A stretch of 36,619 nucleotides of DNA, taken from sequence record SRR20825006_3046. One strand, 5' to 3'. Below the pieces are notes generated by a model. The model saw only the letters and a program-made list of their open reading frames with translations. It was not told the origin of the DNA and ran no database searches. Shown here piece after piece: positions 28,173 through 36,619 of this stretch. The translations under genes and the position numbers were made by a program. Positions within the stretch are counted from its first letter, which is position 1. Each line of letters opens with the position of its first letter.

Positions 28173-28901
28173 ATGGCTCAATCCCTTCAGGGCAAAGTTG
28201 CTGTTGTCACTGGCGCTGCCTCGGGCATCGGTCTTGCTACTACGCGCGCGCTTCTTGAAGCTGGCGTACAGGTTGTGATGGTTGACTACAATCAGGATGC
28301 CCTTTCTCAGTTGACGACTGAATTGGGGGCGAATGCTATTGCGCAACATACCAATCTGCTTGATGCAGATAGCTGTGCTACGATGGTTCCAGAAATCCTG
28401 CAAAAGGTCGACCATATCGACATTCTGCATTGCAATGCAGGTTCCTATATCGGTGGTGACTTGACCGAAACAGACACCGCAACGATTGACCGGATGCTGA
28501 ACCTGAACGTCAATGCCGTGATGAAGAATGTTCGTGATGTGATCCCGCACATGCAGGAACGCAAAACCGGAGACATCATTGTGACGGCTTCCGTTGCAGG
28601 TCATATGCCGATCCAGTGGGAGCCGGTTTACTCCGGATCAAAATGGGCAATCACTTGCTTTGTGCAAACCATGCGTCGCCAGCTAAACAAACACGGCATT
28701 CGTGTCGCACAAGTTTCGCCGGGGCCGGTCGTTTCGGCCCTTTTGGCAGACTGGCCTGAAGAGAACCTGCGTAAAGCCAAGGAAAATGGCGCGCTGCTTG
28801 ATCCGGAGGAAGTATCAGACGCGGTGATTTACATGCTGTCGCGCCCGCGTACGGTGACGATCCGTGACATGATCGTTTTGCCCACCAACTTTGATATCTA
28901 A
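28173..28901 (+). CDS. rbtD: Ribitol 2-dehydrogenase-like SDR
   Basis: TGAASGIG, NAGSYIGG, WEPVYSGSK, PGPVVSALLADWP, TIRDMIVLP resemble RbtD. Confidence 0.72.
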   Translation: MAQSLQGKVAVVTGAASGIGLATTRALLEAGVQVVMVDYNQDALSQLTTELGANAIAQHTNLLDADSCATMVPEILQKVDHIDILHCNAGSYIGGDLTETDTATIDRMLNLNVNAVMKNVRDVIPHMQERKTGDIIVTASVAGHMPIQWEPVYSGSKWAITCFVQTMRRQLNKHGIRVAQVSPGPVVSALLADWPEENLRKAKENGALLDPEEVSDAVIYMLSRPRTVTIRDMIVLPTNFDI

Positions 28902-29021
28902 CTTTACGGTTTAGGCACAGGCATCTTGAAATTTCTTGATGTGCCTGTGCCAAAGATCAACATTTGCGTTGCGGCTAGGTTGTTAAACTTACCGCCAATT
29001 GAAAGACGCTATAGCAGGTTG

Positions 29022-29126
29022 CTATTTGGCCGCAGATACCACGACTTCGATCAGGGTATTTGCGCCAAGTTCATTGACGCCGATTGTTGCACGAGTTGGC
29101 AGAATTTCGCCGGGGAGCCATAGCCA
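29022..29126 (-). pseudogene. 3' remnant of a RidA/YjgF (YoaB-like) gene
   Basis: Minus-strand frame WLWLPGEILPTRATIGVNELGANTLIEVVVSAAK-stop; in-frame stop shortly upstream and N-terminal part missing. Confidence 0.65.
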
Positions 29127-29161
29127 GCCAGCGGTTGCCAAGCTTTTTATTGATTGCAGTC

Positions 29162-29192
29162 AAAAAAGAAGGCCCCCGCTTTCGCGGGAGCC
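29162..29192 (-). terminator. Terminator of the GntR-family gene
   Basis: Minus strand GGCTCCCGC-GAAA-GCGGGGGCC-TTCTTTTTT. Confidence 0.8.
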
Positions 29193-29225
29193 AGTTCCAG
29201 CAGTGCCGGTTCGTGTGTTTCTGGA

Positions 29226-29984
29226 TTAATCGTTATCGTGATGATCCGCGGTGCCGACTTGACCGTCTTCGCTGACTTTGATCCATGTGCTGCCGAGGTG
29301 GTTGCGCATCAGGTCATTCAGTTTGGCGGCATCACGACTTTCAATGGCTTTCAGAATTTCCTCATGCTCGCTAATCGCGGTTGGCCATTTTGTATTGCGC
29401 ATGTTGGATCGATAACGGATGCGATAAAGTCGCGCATTCATGCGTTCATGGGTTTCAATCAGCAATGGATTTCCCGATGCCATTACAAGGGCGCGGTGAA
29501 TCCGCTGGTTGAGTTTGAAATAGGCGAGGCGGTCCTTGCGGGCAAAGGCGGCAAGCATTTCGTAATGCAGGGCACGGATTTCGTCGATTTCTTCGTCGGT
29601 CGCGCGTTTGCAGGCCAGTTCCCCGGCAAGACCTTCGATCCCGCCAAGAAATTCAAGCATGTGCTTGACGTCTTCGGGGCTTGGATTTGCCGCAATCGCA
29701 CCGCGTGAAGGCAGAAGTTCGACAAGGCCGTCAACGGCCAGAATCCGCAAGGCTTCGCGCAGGGGGGTGCGTGATATATTAAGCTGTTGAGCCAATGTGC
29801 GTTCGCGGATCGGTTTGCCCGGCGGAATGATGTCTTGCACGATCATGTCGCGCAGGACATTTGCTGCCTGTTGGGCCAGCGGCAGGTCGCTGTTCTCCGA
29901 GATGGTTGCGAGTGGTGCATCGACAGTCGGCTCGTAGGTGTCGAGGTCGGATTCTGATCCGGCGTTTAGCGTGATGTTACTCAA
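29226..29984 (-). CDS. GntR/FadR-family regulator with FCD domain
   Basis: ERTLAQQLNISRTPLREAL, NQRIH, SGN, EHEEI. Confidence 0.92.
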   Translation of the reverse strand: MSNITLNAGSESDLDTYEPTVDAPLATISENSDLPLAQQAANVLRDMIVQDIIPPGKPIRERTLAQQLNISRTPLREALRILAVDGLVELLPSRGAIAANPSPEDVKHMLEFLGGIEGLAGELACKRATDEEIDEIRALHYEMLAAFARKDRLAYFKLNQRIHRALVMASGNPLLIETHERMNARLYRIRYRSNMRNTKWPTAISEHEEILKAIESRDAAKLNDLMRNHLGSTWIKVSEDGQVGTADHHDND

Positions 29985-30053
29985 ACCATTCTTCCCTGCG
30001 TATCGTCATTGCGCAAACTATAGGATGCGTAATGAATAAGAGCAAGGCAAAAA

Positions 30054-30080
30054 TGGTATACCAAAAAATATGGTATACCA
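30054..30080. promoter_or_regulatory. Two tandem GntR operators
   Basis: Perfect palindrome TGGTATACCA at 30054 and 30071. Confidence 0.8.
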
Positions 30081-30192
30081 TTTGGGGTTGGAGGAGGGTG
30101 GATCTTGTCAGTGATGATTAATCCTAAGTTTTTGTTTTTTATCAAATTTTATGATTTTCTGTCAATGAAGGCGGACCTAAGGTGATTTTTTG

Positions 30193-30224
30193 TTGACTCT
30201 CGGTATCTTCAATATGGTATACCA
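30193..30224 (+). promoter_or_regulatory. TRAP operon promoter with a third GntR operator
   Basis: TTGACT at 30193 and TGGTATACCA at 30215-30224 over the likely -10 region. Confidence 0.7.
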
Positions 30225-30299
30225 AAATCAAGCACGGCAAAGATCGTGCGTTCCCAGCTACCGGTGAACAGCGAAATAGATATAAATCGGGAGGAATAC

Positions 30300-31298
30300 A
30301 TGACCCACACAGGTCGTATCCGTAAATTTGTCGCTGCCGTAACATTTGGCAGCATCACGTCCATGTCCGCACTCGCAACTGCAAATGCTGCAGACGAGAT
30401 CGTATTTGCCATCAGTGCCGAGCATGGTTCGCTTCAGGCGAATACTGCGGCTGAGTTTACCCGTCTTGCCAATGAGCGACTTGGTGACAAGGCAACGGTG
30501 AAGCTTTTTGACTCTGCCCAGCTGGGCAAGGACAAAGAGCTGATGCAGCGCCTGAAGCTTGGGACGGTGCAGATTACTTTGCCGTCATCGACCATGCCGA
30601 CCATTGCAGACAAATTTGCCCTTTTTGATTTGCCGTTCCTTGTGAAGGATCGTGATCAATTGGCAAAAATCGAAGAGTCTGTTTTCTGGCCGACCGTCGC
30701 CCCGCAGGCTGAAGAGGCCGGTTACAAAATCCTTGCTCTTTGGGAGAACGGTTTCCGTCAGATCACCAACAATGCGCGTCCGATCAATGTTCCGGCCGAT
30801 CTTGATGGTATCAAGTTACGCACGCCGCAATCTGAATGGCGGGTTGCCATGTTCTCGAATTATGGTGCGAACCCGACGCCGATGGCCTTTTCCGAAGTCT
30901 TTGTCGGTCTTCAGACCGGTGTCATTGATGGTCAGGAAAATCCGCTGACCAACATCGAGGCTGCCAAGCTTAACGAAGTGCAGAAATACCTGACGCTTTC
31001 GGGGCATATCTATTCGCCGTCTTATCCGACCATGTCGGTTACGGTCTATAATGACCTTGATCCGGAAGTTCGCGACATTCTGGTCAATACCGCGCGCGAA
31101 GTGGCCCTTTGGTCGCGTGATGCCGGTGCGAAGGCTGACAAGGCGCTGCTTGATGAGCTGACGGCAGGCGGTATGGAAGTCAATACGGCTGATCGTGCCG
31201 CCTTTGTTGAAGCTTCCAAGCCGATCTATGACAAGTTCGCATCCGAAATTGATGGCGGCAAGGCACTGGTTGATGCCGCCCTTGCGACTGCAGACTAA
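30300..31298 (+). CDS. dctP: TRAP substrate-binding protein
   Basis: Signal peptide, ENGFRQ, KLRTP, DGQENP; GAGGA RBS before ATG 30300. Confidence 0.93.
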   Translation: MTHTGRIRKFVAAVTFGSITSMSALATANAADEIVFAISAEHGSLQANTAAEFTRLANERLGDKATVKLFDSAQLGKDKELMQRLKLGTVQITLPSSTMPTIADKFALFDLPFLVKDRDQLAKIEESVFWPTVAPQAEEAGYKILALWENGFRQITNNARPINVPADLDGIKLRTPQSEWRVAMFSNYGANPTPMAFSEVFVGLQTGVIDGQENPLTNIEAAKLNEVQKYLTLSGHIYSPSYPTMSVTVYNDLDPEVRDILVNTAREVALWSRDAGAKADKALLDELTAGGMEVNTADRAAFVEASKPIYDKFASEIDGGKALVDAALATAD

Positions 31299-31369
31299 AT
31301 CGGGCGGGGGCAACCATCCGTCCGGTTGCCCCGCATTTTCTTCCTTCGTTTTCCTTAGGAGAGAACGCG

Positions 31370-31924
31370 ATGCAGTTCGCAGCAGTTCTGTTCCGGCGTA
31401 CACTGGAAGTCTTTACCATGACATTGATCACGTTTCTGGCGTTGATCGTGATCCTGGCAGTGATCTTCCGCTATAGCGGTTATTCCCTGGTCTGGTATGA
31501 CGAAGTGGCTTCGGTGATGCTGGCCTGGATTACCTATTACGGTGCCGCTCTTGCCGCTGTGCGCCGATCCCACCTCAGTTTCTCGGGTGTTCTTCTTGCC
31601 CTGCCTCTGACCCTGCGCAAGATCGTCTTTCTGATGGGCGAGGCCATCGTCATTGCGATGTTTGCTGCAATGGCGTGGGCTGGCTGGTTTGTTCTTCAGA
31701 TCATGGGGGGCGAAACCCTGATTTCGTTGCCCTGGGTTGGCTTGCAATTCACTCAATCGGTCATTCCGGTCGGCTGTGCGCTGTTCGTGATTGGTCAATT
31801 ACTGAGTTTGCCGGAAGCATGGCAGCGCATGGTGACGGCACTTGATGTCGAAACCGAAGAAATGAACCACGAAATTGCCAAGGCGCAGAAAAGCGATGCG
31901 CCGTTCAATGAAAGGGCAGCATGA
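31370..31924 (+). CDS. dctQ: TRAP small permease
   Basis: VIFRY, WYDE, RSHL, four TM helices. Confidence 0.9.
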   Translation: MQFAAVLFRRTLEVFTMTLITFLALIVILAVIFRYSGYSLVWYDEVASVMLAWITYYGAALAAVRRSHLSFSGVLLALPLTLRKIVFLMGEAIVIAMFAAMAWAGWFVLQIMGGETLISLPWVGLQFTQSVIPVGCALFVIGQLLSLPEAWQRMVTALDVETEEMNHEIAKAQKSDAPFNERAA

Positions 31925-33207
31925 TGGCCGTTTCAGTCATTCTTCCTTTGATGTTTTTCCTGGTCTTTATGGGGGTTCCGATTGCGGTATCCATCGGTGC
32001 GGCTGCACTGGTGGGGGTTTATTCCCTGCATGGAGTTCCGGGTTTTTACAATGCCGCACTTGCCCTGTTTGACGGTGCGACCAGCTTTCCCCTGATTGCG
32101 ATCCCGCTATTCATTCTGGCGGGCGCATTGATGAACACCTCATCGATTTCGCGTCGGCTGATCGACTTCGTTTCGGCCCTGATCGGGTTCATGCGCGGCG
32201 GTCTGGCGATGGTCAATATCGGGGTGTCGTTATTCTTTGCCGAAATTTCGGGTTCTGCGGTGGCGGATGTTGCCGCGACCGGTTCGGTCCTGATCCCTGG
32301 CATGAAGCGCAAGGGATATAAAGGCACCTTTGCGGCTGCGATAACGTCGTCTTCGGCATCCCTTGCGATCATTATCCCGCCGTCAATTCCCATGATCCTT
32401 TATGGGGCGCTTTCGGATACCTCGATTGTGCAACTGTTTGTTGCCGGTGTCGTGCCGGGCCTTCTGGGGGCATTCGGGTTGATGTGTGTCAGCTATTACT
32501 TTGCAGTAAAATATGACATTCCGCGTGATGAACGTTTTGATCTGGCGCGCGTTCGCAAAACCTTCCGTGAAGCGGCCTGGGCACTGACCCTGCCATTCAT
32601 CATTCTGGGCGGTATTTTCGGCGGGTTGGTAACAGCGACCGAAGGAGCTGGCCTGGCGGTGGTTGCCGCGGTTGTTATCGGGGCCTTCATCTATCGGGAA
32701 CTTGATTTTTCGATGTTCCTTGATGCCCTGCGCGAAGGGATCAACCAGACAGCAACCGTGATGCTGCTGGTCGCGACCTCGGCTGTGCTGGGTCTTTATC
32801 TGACCGAGGAAGGTCTGCCGCAGATGCTGGCTGCGGCGATCACCGGATTTACCAATGATCCGTTCGTCGTGCTGATGCTGCTTAATGTGCTTTTGCTTGT
32901 TCTTGGCTGCATATTGCACGGTGCTGCTGCGATCATTCTGGTGGTGCCGATTGTCTTGCCGCTGATCCAGCAGGTCGGGATTGATCCCGTGCATTTTGGC
33001 ATCATTCTTACCCTTAATCTTGCCATTGGTCAGCAGACCCCGCCTGTCGCCAGTGTGCTGGTGACATCCTGTTCGATTGCCAAAACCGATATCTGGGAAA
33101 CGACCAAGGTTAATGTGCCTTTCATCGGCGTGCTGTTCGCTGTGCTGATGGCGGTCACCTACCTGCCCTTCATTCCCATGACGCTTGTGGAGTTCTTTTA
33201 TAGATGA
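31921..33207 (+). CDS. dctM: TRAP large permease
   Basis: AIPLFILAG, ISGSAVAD, IIPPSIP, TATE, DPVHFG, TPPV. Confidence 0.95.
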   Translation: MMAVSVILPLMFFLVFMGVPIAVSIGAAALVGVYSLHGVPGFYNAALALFDGATSFPLIAIPLFILAGALMNTSSISRRLIDFVSALIGFMRGGLAMVNIGVSLFFAEISGSAVADVAATGSVLIPGMKRKGYKGTFAAAITSSSASLAIIIPPSIPMILYGALSDTSIVQLFVAGVVPGLLGAFGLMCVSYYFAVKYDIPRDERFDLARVRKTFREAAWALTLPFIILGGIFGGLVTATEGAGLAVVAAVVIGAFIYRELDFSMFLDALREGINQTATVMLLVATSAVLGLYLTEEGLPQMLAAAITGFTNDPFVVLMLLNVLLLVLGCILHGAAAIILVVPIVLPLIQQVGIDPVHFGIILTLNLAIGQQTPPVASVLVTSCSIAKTDIWETTKVNVPFIGVLFAVLMAVTYLPFIPMTLVEFFYR

Positions 33208-34226
33208 CTGTTAATGTGAAACCGCGTTTGGCGGTAATCCCCGGCGACGCCAACGGTATTGGTCCGGAATTGCTTCTGCGTCTTCTGTCGCGCAGTGATA
33301 TTCGCGAGAAGGCGGATGTGGTGGTGATTGGCGACAAATGCCTGATTGAACGCGGCCGCAAGGATTCCGGTCTTGATATTAATCTGGCAGCAGTCAAGGA
33401 TCTCCCGGCAAGCTGGCCAAAAGATGCCTATCCCTATATCGAAACATCATTTTTCGATCCGGATCAGATCAAACCCGGTGTGGTCGATGCCAAATCCGGT
33501 GCAGCAAGTCTGCGCACGCTTGACGTCGCCCTTGACCTTGCACGTGACGAAAAAGTTGATGGCATTTTGTTCATGCCGTTCAACAAGGAAGCCATGATCC
33601 GTGGTGGCATGGGCCATGAGGACGAGCTGCATTATATGGCCGAGCATATTGGTCATGATGGTCCGATCTGTGAATTCAACACCATGGAAGGCATGTGGAC
33701 TAGCCGCGTGACCAGCCATATTGCACTGGCACGTGTCGTGGAAAACATTTCGGTCGACCGGATTGTTGATGCGGTTCGACTGATTACCGATGCTCTTGTC
33801 GCCAACGGGATCGATAAGCCACGGGTTGGTGTTGCTGCTCTTAACCCGCATGCGGGCGATGGCGGGAATTTTGGTCGCGAGGAAATCGACATTATCGCGC
33901 CAGCGGTAGAGAAGGCCAAAAACCTTGGACTTCCGGCGGATGGGCCATGGCCGGCCGACACCATTTTCCTAAAGGCGCAAGCCGGGGAACTTGATGCGAT
34001 TGTCACCATGTATCACGACCAGGGGCAGATCGCGATAAAGCTTCTGGGCTTTGATCGTGGTGTGACCGTGCAGGGGGGGCTTCCGATCCCGGTTGCAACG
34101 CCTGCGCATGGTACGGCTTACGACATCTCCGGCCTTGGCAAAGCCAATGTCGGGGCGACCTTGGCGGCATTTGAAATTGTCGCAAGAATGGCGGGAAGCC
34201 GACGTCAGGCCCGATTGGCCGCCTGA
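33204..34226 (+). CDS. PdxA-family dehydrogenase (PdxA2-like)
   Basis: GDANGIGPE, PFNK, TSH, LNPHAGD, MYHDQGQI, PAHGTAYDI. Confidence 0.88.
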   Translation: MTVNVKPRLAVIPGDANGIGPELLLRLLSRSDIREKADVVVIGDKCLIERGRKDSGLDINLAAVKDLPASWPKDAYPYIETSFFDPDQIKPGVVDAKSGAASLRTLDVALDLARDEKVDGILFMPFNKEAMIRGGMGHEDELHYMAEHIGHDGPICEFNTMEGMWTSRVTSHIALARVVENISVDRIVDAVRLITDALVANGIDKPRVGVAALNPHAGDGGNFGREEIDIIAPAVEKAKNLGLPADGPWPADTIFLKAQAGELDAIVTMYHDQGQIAIKLLGFDRGVTVQGGLPIPVATPAHGTAYDISGLGKANVGATLAAFEIVARMAGSRRQARLAA

Positions 34227-34405
34227 CGATCAGTACCTGATTGTTTTTGCCGTCGGACGGGTTGCGTTCTCCCTGCGCACCCGGCCCGAGGCAAGGTTCT
34301 AATCATAAATTCTGGTTCGATCCGGAGACCGCCCAGGACATGTGTCTTGTGTGAACGTCACCGCTTTGTTCGAAAGCCCGATTTGCGGGCACTCCATCTG
34401 AAAGG

Positions 34406-35587
34406 ATGATTGCGATGAAAATCAAAAGTATCCGCACACGTGTGTTGCGCTGGAGCGGTAAAACCGTCGCCCCGCAGGCCAATTTCTGTACCAATGCATC
34501 CGATGCACTTTTTGAGCGCGGCGACAGCATGGGATCCTTCCGGTTCCATGAATGGCTGATCTGTGAAGTTGAAACCGATAACGGTATTGTCGGTATTGGT
34601 AACGCGGCACTCGCACCGACGATCACCAAGCAAATCATTGATACCTATCTTGCGCCGCTGGTGATTGGCGAAGACCCGTTCGACAATGAATATCTGTGGC
34701 AGAAAATGTATCGCCGTACCCATGCGTGGGGCCGTAAAGGCGTTGGTATGGTGGCAATTTCGGCGATTGATATCGCGATCTGGGACATCATGGGCAAGGC
34801 AACCGGCAAACCGGTATTCAAGTTGCTTGGTGGTAGAACCAAGGAGCAGATTCCTGTCTATGCGTCCAAGCTTTATGGTCAGTCGATTGATGCGCTTGCC
34901 AAAGAGGCCCAGAGTTATGTCGATCAGGGTTTTGATATGGTCAAGATGCGCTTTGGCTGGGGACCGAAAGATGGTCCCGCAGGGATGCGCAAGAACCTTG
35001 ATCTGGTCAAAACCGTACGCGAAGTCATCGGTCCGGATCGTGATCTGATGCTGGAGTGTTACATGGGCTGGAACCTTGAATATACCAAGCGCATGTTGCC
35101 CAAACTGGCAGAATTCGAGCCGCGTTGGCTTGAAGAACCGGTGATTGCCGATGATCTTGCGGGCTATGCCGAACTGAACAACATGAACATCGTGCCGATT
35201 TCCGGCGGTGAGCATGAGTTCACGAATTTCGGATTCAAGACGCTGTTGGATATGAATGCACTTAGTGTCATTCAATATGACACCAACCGTGTTGGCGGTA
35301 TTACCGCCGCCCAAAAAATCAATGCACTGGCGGAAGCCTATCAGGTGCCGGTCATTCCGCATGCCGGTCAGATGCATAACTATCACCTGACGATGGCGAA
35401 CCTGAACTGCCCGATATCGGAATTCTTCCCGGTCTTTGATGTCGAGGTCGGAAACGAACTGTTCTACTACGTCTTCAAAGGCGACCCGGTGCCAAAGAAC
35501 GGTTTCATTGATCTTGATGATGATCTGCCCGGTCTGGGGCTTGAAATCGCCGAGGATGCGCTTGGTGAATTCGAGATCATCGAATAG
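34406..35587 (+). CDS. Enolase-superfamily acid-sugar dehydratase, L-lyxonate dehydratase-like
   Basis: NFCTNASD and FRFHEWL N-terminus, KMR, ECYMG, EEP, GEHE, PHAG; resembles LyxD from memory; start 34406 or 34415. Confidence 0.75.
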   Translation: MIAMKIKSIRTRVLRWSGKTVAPQANFCTNASDALFERGDSMGSFRFHEWLICEVETDNGIVGIGNAALAPTITKQIIDTYLAPLVIGEDPFDNEYLWQKMYRRTHAWGRKGVGMVAISAIDIAIWDIMGKATGKPVFKLLGGRTKEQIPVYASKLYGQSIDALAKEAQSYVDQGFDMVKMRFGWGPKDGPAGMRKNLDLVKTVREVIGPDRDLMLECYMGWNLEYTKRMLPKLAEFEPRWLEEPVIADDLAGYAELNNMNIVPISGGEHEFTNFGFKTLLDMNALSVIQYDTNRVGGITAAQKINALAEAYQVPVIPHAGQMHNYHLTMANLNCPISEFFPVFDVEVGNELFYYVFKGDPVPKNGFIDLDDDLPGLGLEIAEDALGEFEIIE

Positions 35588-35592
35588 GGGTC

Positions 35593-36585
35593 ATGATCAT
35601 GCGTTTGGTTCAATTCATTGCCGAAAACGGCAAGCGCCGGGTTGGCGTTGTTGATGGTGACAAAGTCGCCCCGTTGGCCGGGGTAGACACGGTTCGCGAT
35701 CTGGCAGCAATTGCCATCGACCGGGGCATGACCATGATCGAAGCGGCGGAATGCCGCTTCGACGAGGCCCGCGAAAGCTATGATGTGATTGCATCTGCAG
35801 GGCGGTTGCTGTCGCCGATTGATCATCCCGATCCTGCGCATCTTCTGGTGACGGGAACCGGTTTGACCCATTTGGGATCGGCATCGGCACGGGCAAATAT
35901 GCATCAGGCCGCCAGTAAGGCCGCAGATGAAACAGACTCAATGAAGATGTTCCGAATGGGGCTTGAGGGTGGAAAGCCGCCTTCGGGGGAAAAGGGAATT
36001 CAGCCCGAATGGTTTTACAAAGGCGATGGTTCGATCATTGCGGCACCTGGCGATGATATCCCAAGTCCGTCTTTTGCCCTTGATGGCAGCGAGGAGCCGG
36101 AAATTGCCGGGGTCTATATCAATGATCCTGATGGCTTTCCGGTGCGCATCGGTTTTGTGATCGGGAATGAATTTTCCGATCATGTGATGGAGCGGCAGAA
36201 CTATCTGTATCTTGCTCATTCCAAGCTTCGTGCCTGTGCCATTGGGCCTGAATTATTGCTTGGTGACCTGCCGGGGCATGTCGAAGGGGTTTCACGTGTA
36301 TATCGTGACGGTGGCATTCTGTGGGAGAAGCCGTTTGTCAGTGGGGAAGAGAACATGTCTCATTCCATCGACAATCTGGAATATCACCATTTCAAATATG
36401 ATATTTTCCGACGCCCTGGGGACATCCATTTGCATTTCTTTGGAACGGCGACGCTCAGTTTTGCCGATGGCATTCAAACCCGCGACGGGGATGAATTCGA
36501 AATCGAGGCAAAGCCTTTCGGGCGCCCGTTGCGCAACCGCCTTGCGGTCCAGCCAGAAGAGCCGGTTAAAGTCCGCGTGATCTGA
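35593..36585 (+). CDS. FAH-superfamily AraD1/GguC-like protein (probable 2-keto-3-deoxy-pentonate dehydratase)
   Basis: GTGLTHLGSA, TDSMKMF, QPEWFYKG, EEPE, NYLYLAHSKLR, FFGTATLSF. Confidence 0.8.
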   Translation: MIMRLVQFIAENGKRRVGVVDGDKVAPLAGVDTVRDLAAIAIDRGMTMIEAAECRFDEARESYDVIASAGRLLSPIDHPDPAHLLVTGTGLTHLGSASARANMHQAASKAADETDSMKMFRMGLEGGKPPSGEKGIQPEWFYKGDGSIIAAPGDDIPSPSFALDGSEEPEIAGVYINDPDGFPVRIGFVIGNEFSDHVMERQNYLYLAHSKLRACAIGPELLLGDLPGHVEGVSRVYRDGGILWEKPFVSGEENMSHSIDNLEYHHFKYDIFRRPGDIHLHFFGTATLSFADGIQTRDGDEFEIEAKPFGRPLRNRLAVQPEEPVKVRVI

Positions 36586-36606
36586 TCAAGCAAACAGGGG
36601 AAACTC

Positions 36607-36619
36607 ATGTCCTATAACC
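36607..36619 (+). CDS. Start of the next gene, truncated by the window edge
   Basis: AGGGG RBS then ATG TCC TAT AAC; product cannot be determined. Confidence 0.4.

Noticed and set aside
34358-35386. 342-aa antisense ORF
   Set aside because: Shadow of the dehydratase gene.

Overview
Alphaproteobacterial window (about 54% GC by eye; gene content suggests a marine Rhodospirillales such as Thalassospira, an inference) with four modules. (1) 161-10473: a bounded two-operon cluster encoding only distal flagellar parts (FliC, FliD, FliS, FlgD, FlgE, FlgN-like, FlgK, FlgL). All exported subunits are extremely acidic and nearly free of Lys/Arg; FlgD has no K, R or H. An ECF sigma / anti-sigma / periplasmic metal-sensor-like triad sits inside the flagellin operon, and both operons share the upstream motif CGCCAGTTTT-N11-GCGTG. 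This is the candidate novel system: a stress- or metal-inducible polyanionic accessory flagellar filament. (2) 10904-17834: MacAB plus outer-membrane channel efflux pump, divergent from a CpxRA-like two-component system. (3) 17939-18255: tandem tRNA-fMet 3'-end remnants (att-like scar), followed by a pentitol ABC uptake and catabolism locus (18269-28901) and a RidA remnant. (4) 29226-36619: GntR-regulated TRAP, PdxA-like, L-lyxonate-dehydratase-like and FAH-family operon. Family calls come from motif recognition by eye and residue counts are hand counts; no searches were run.
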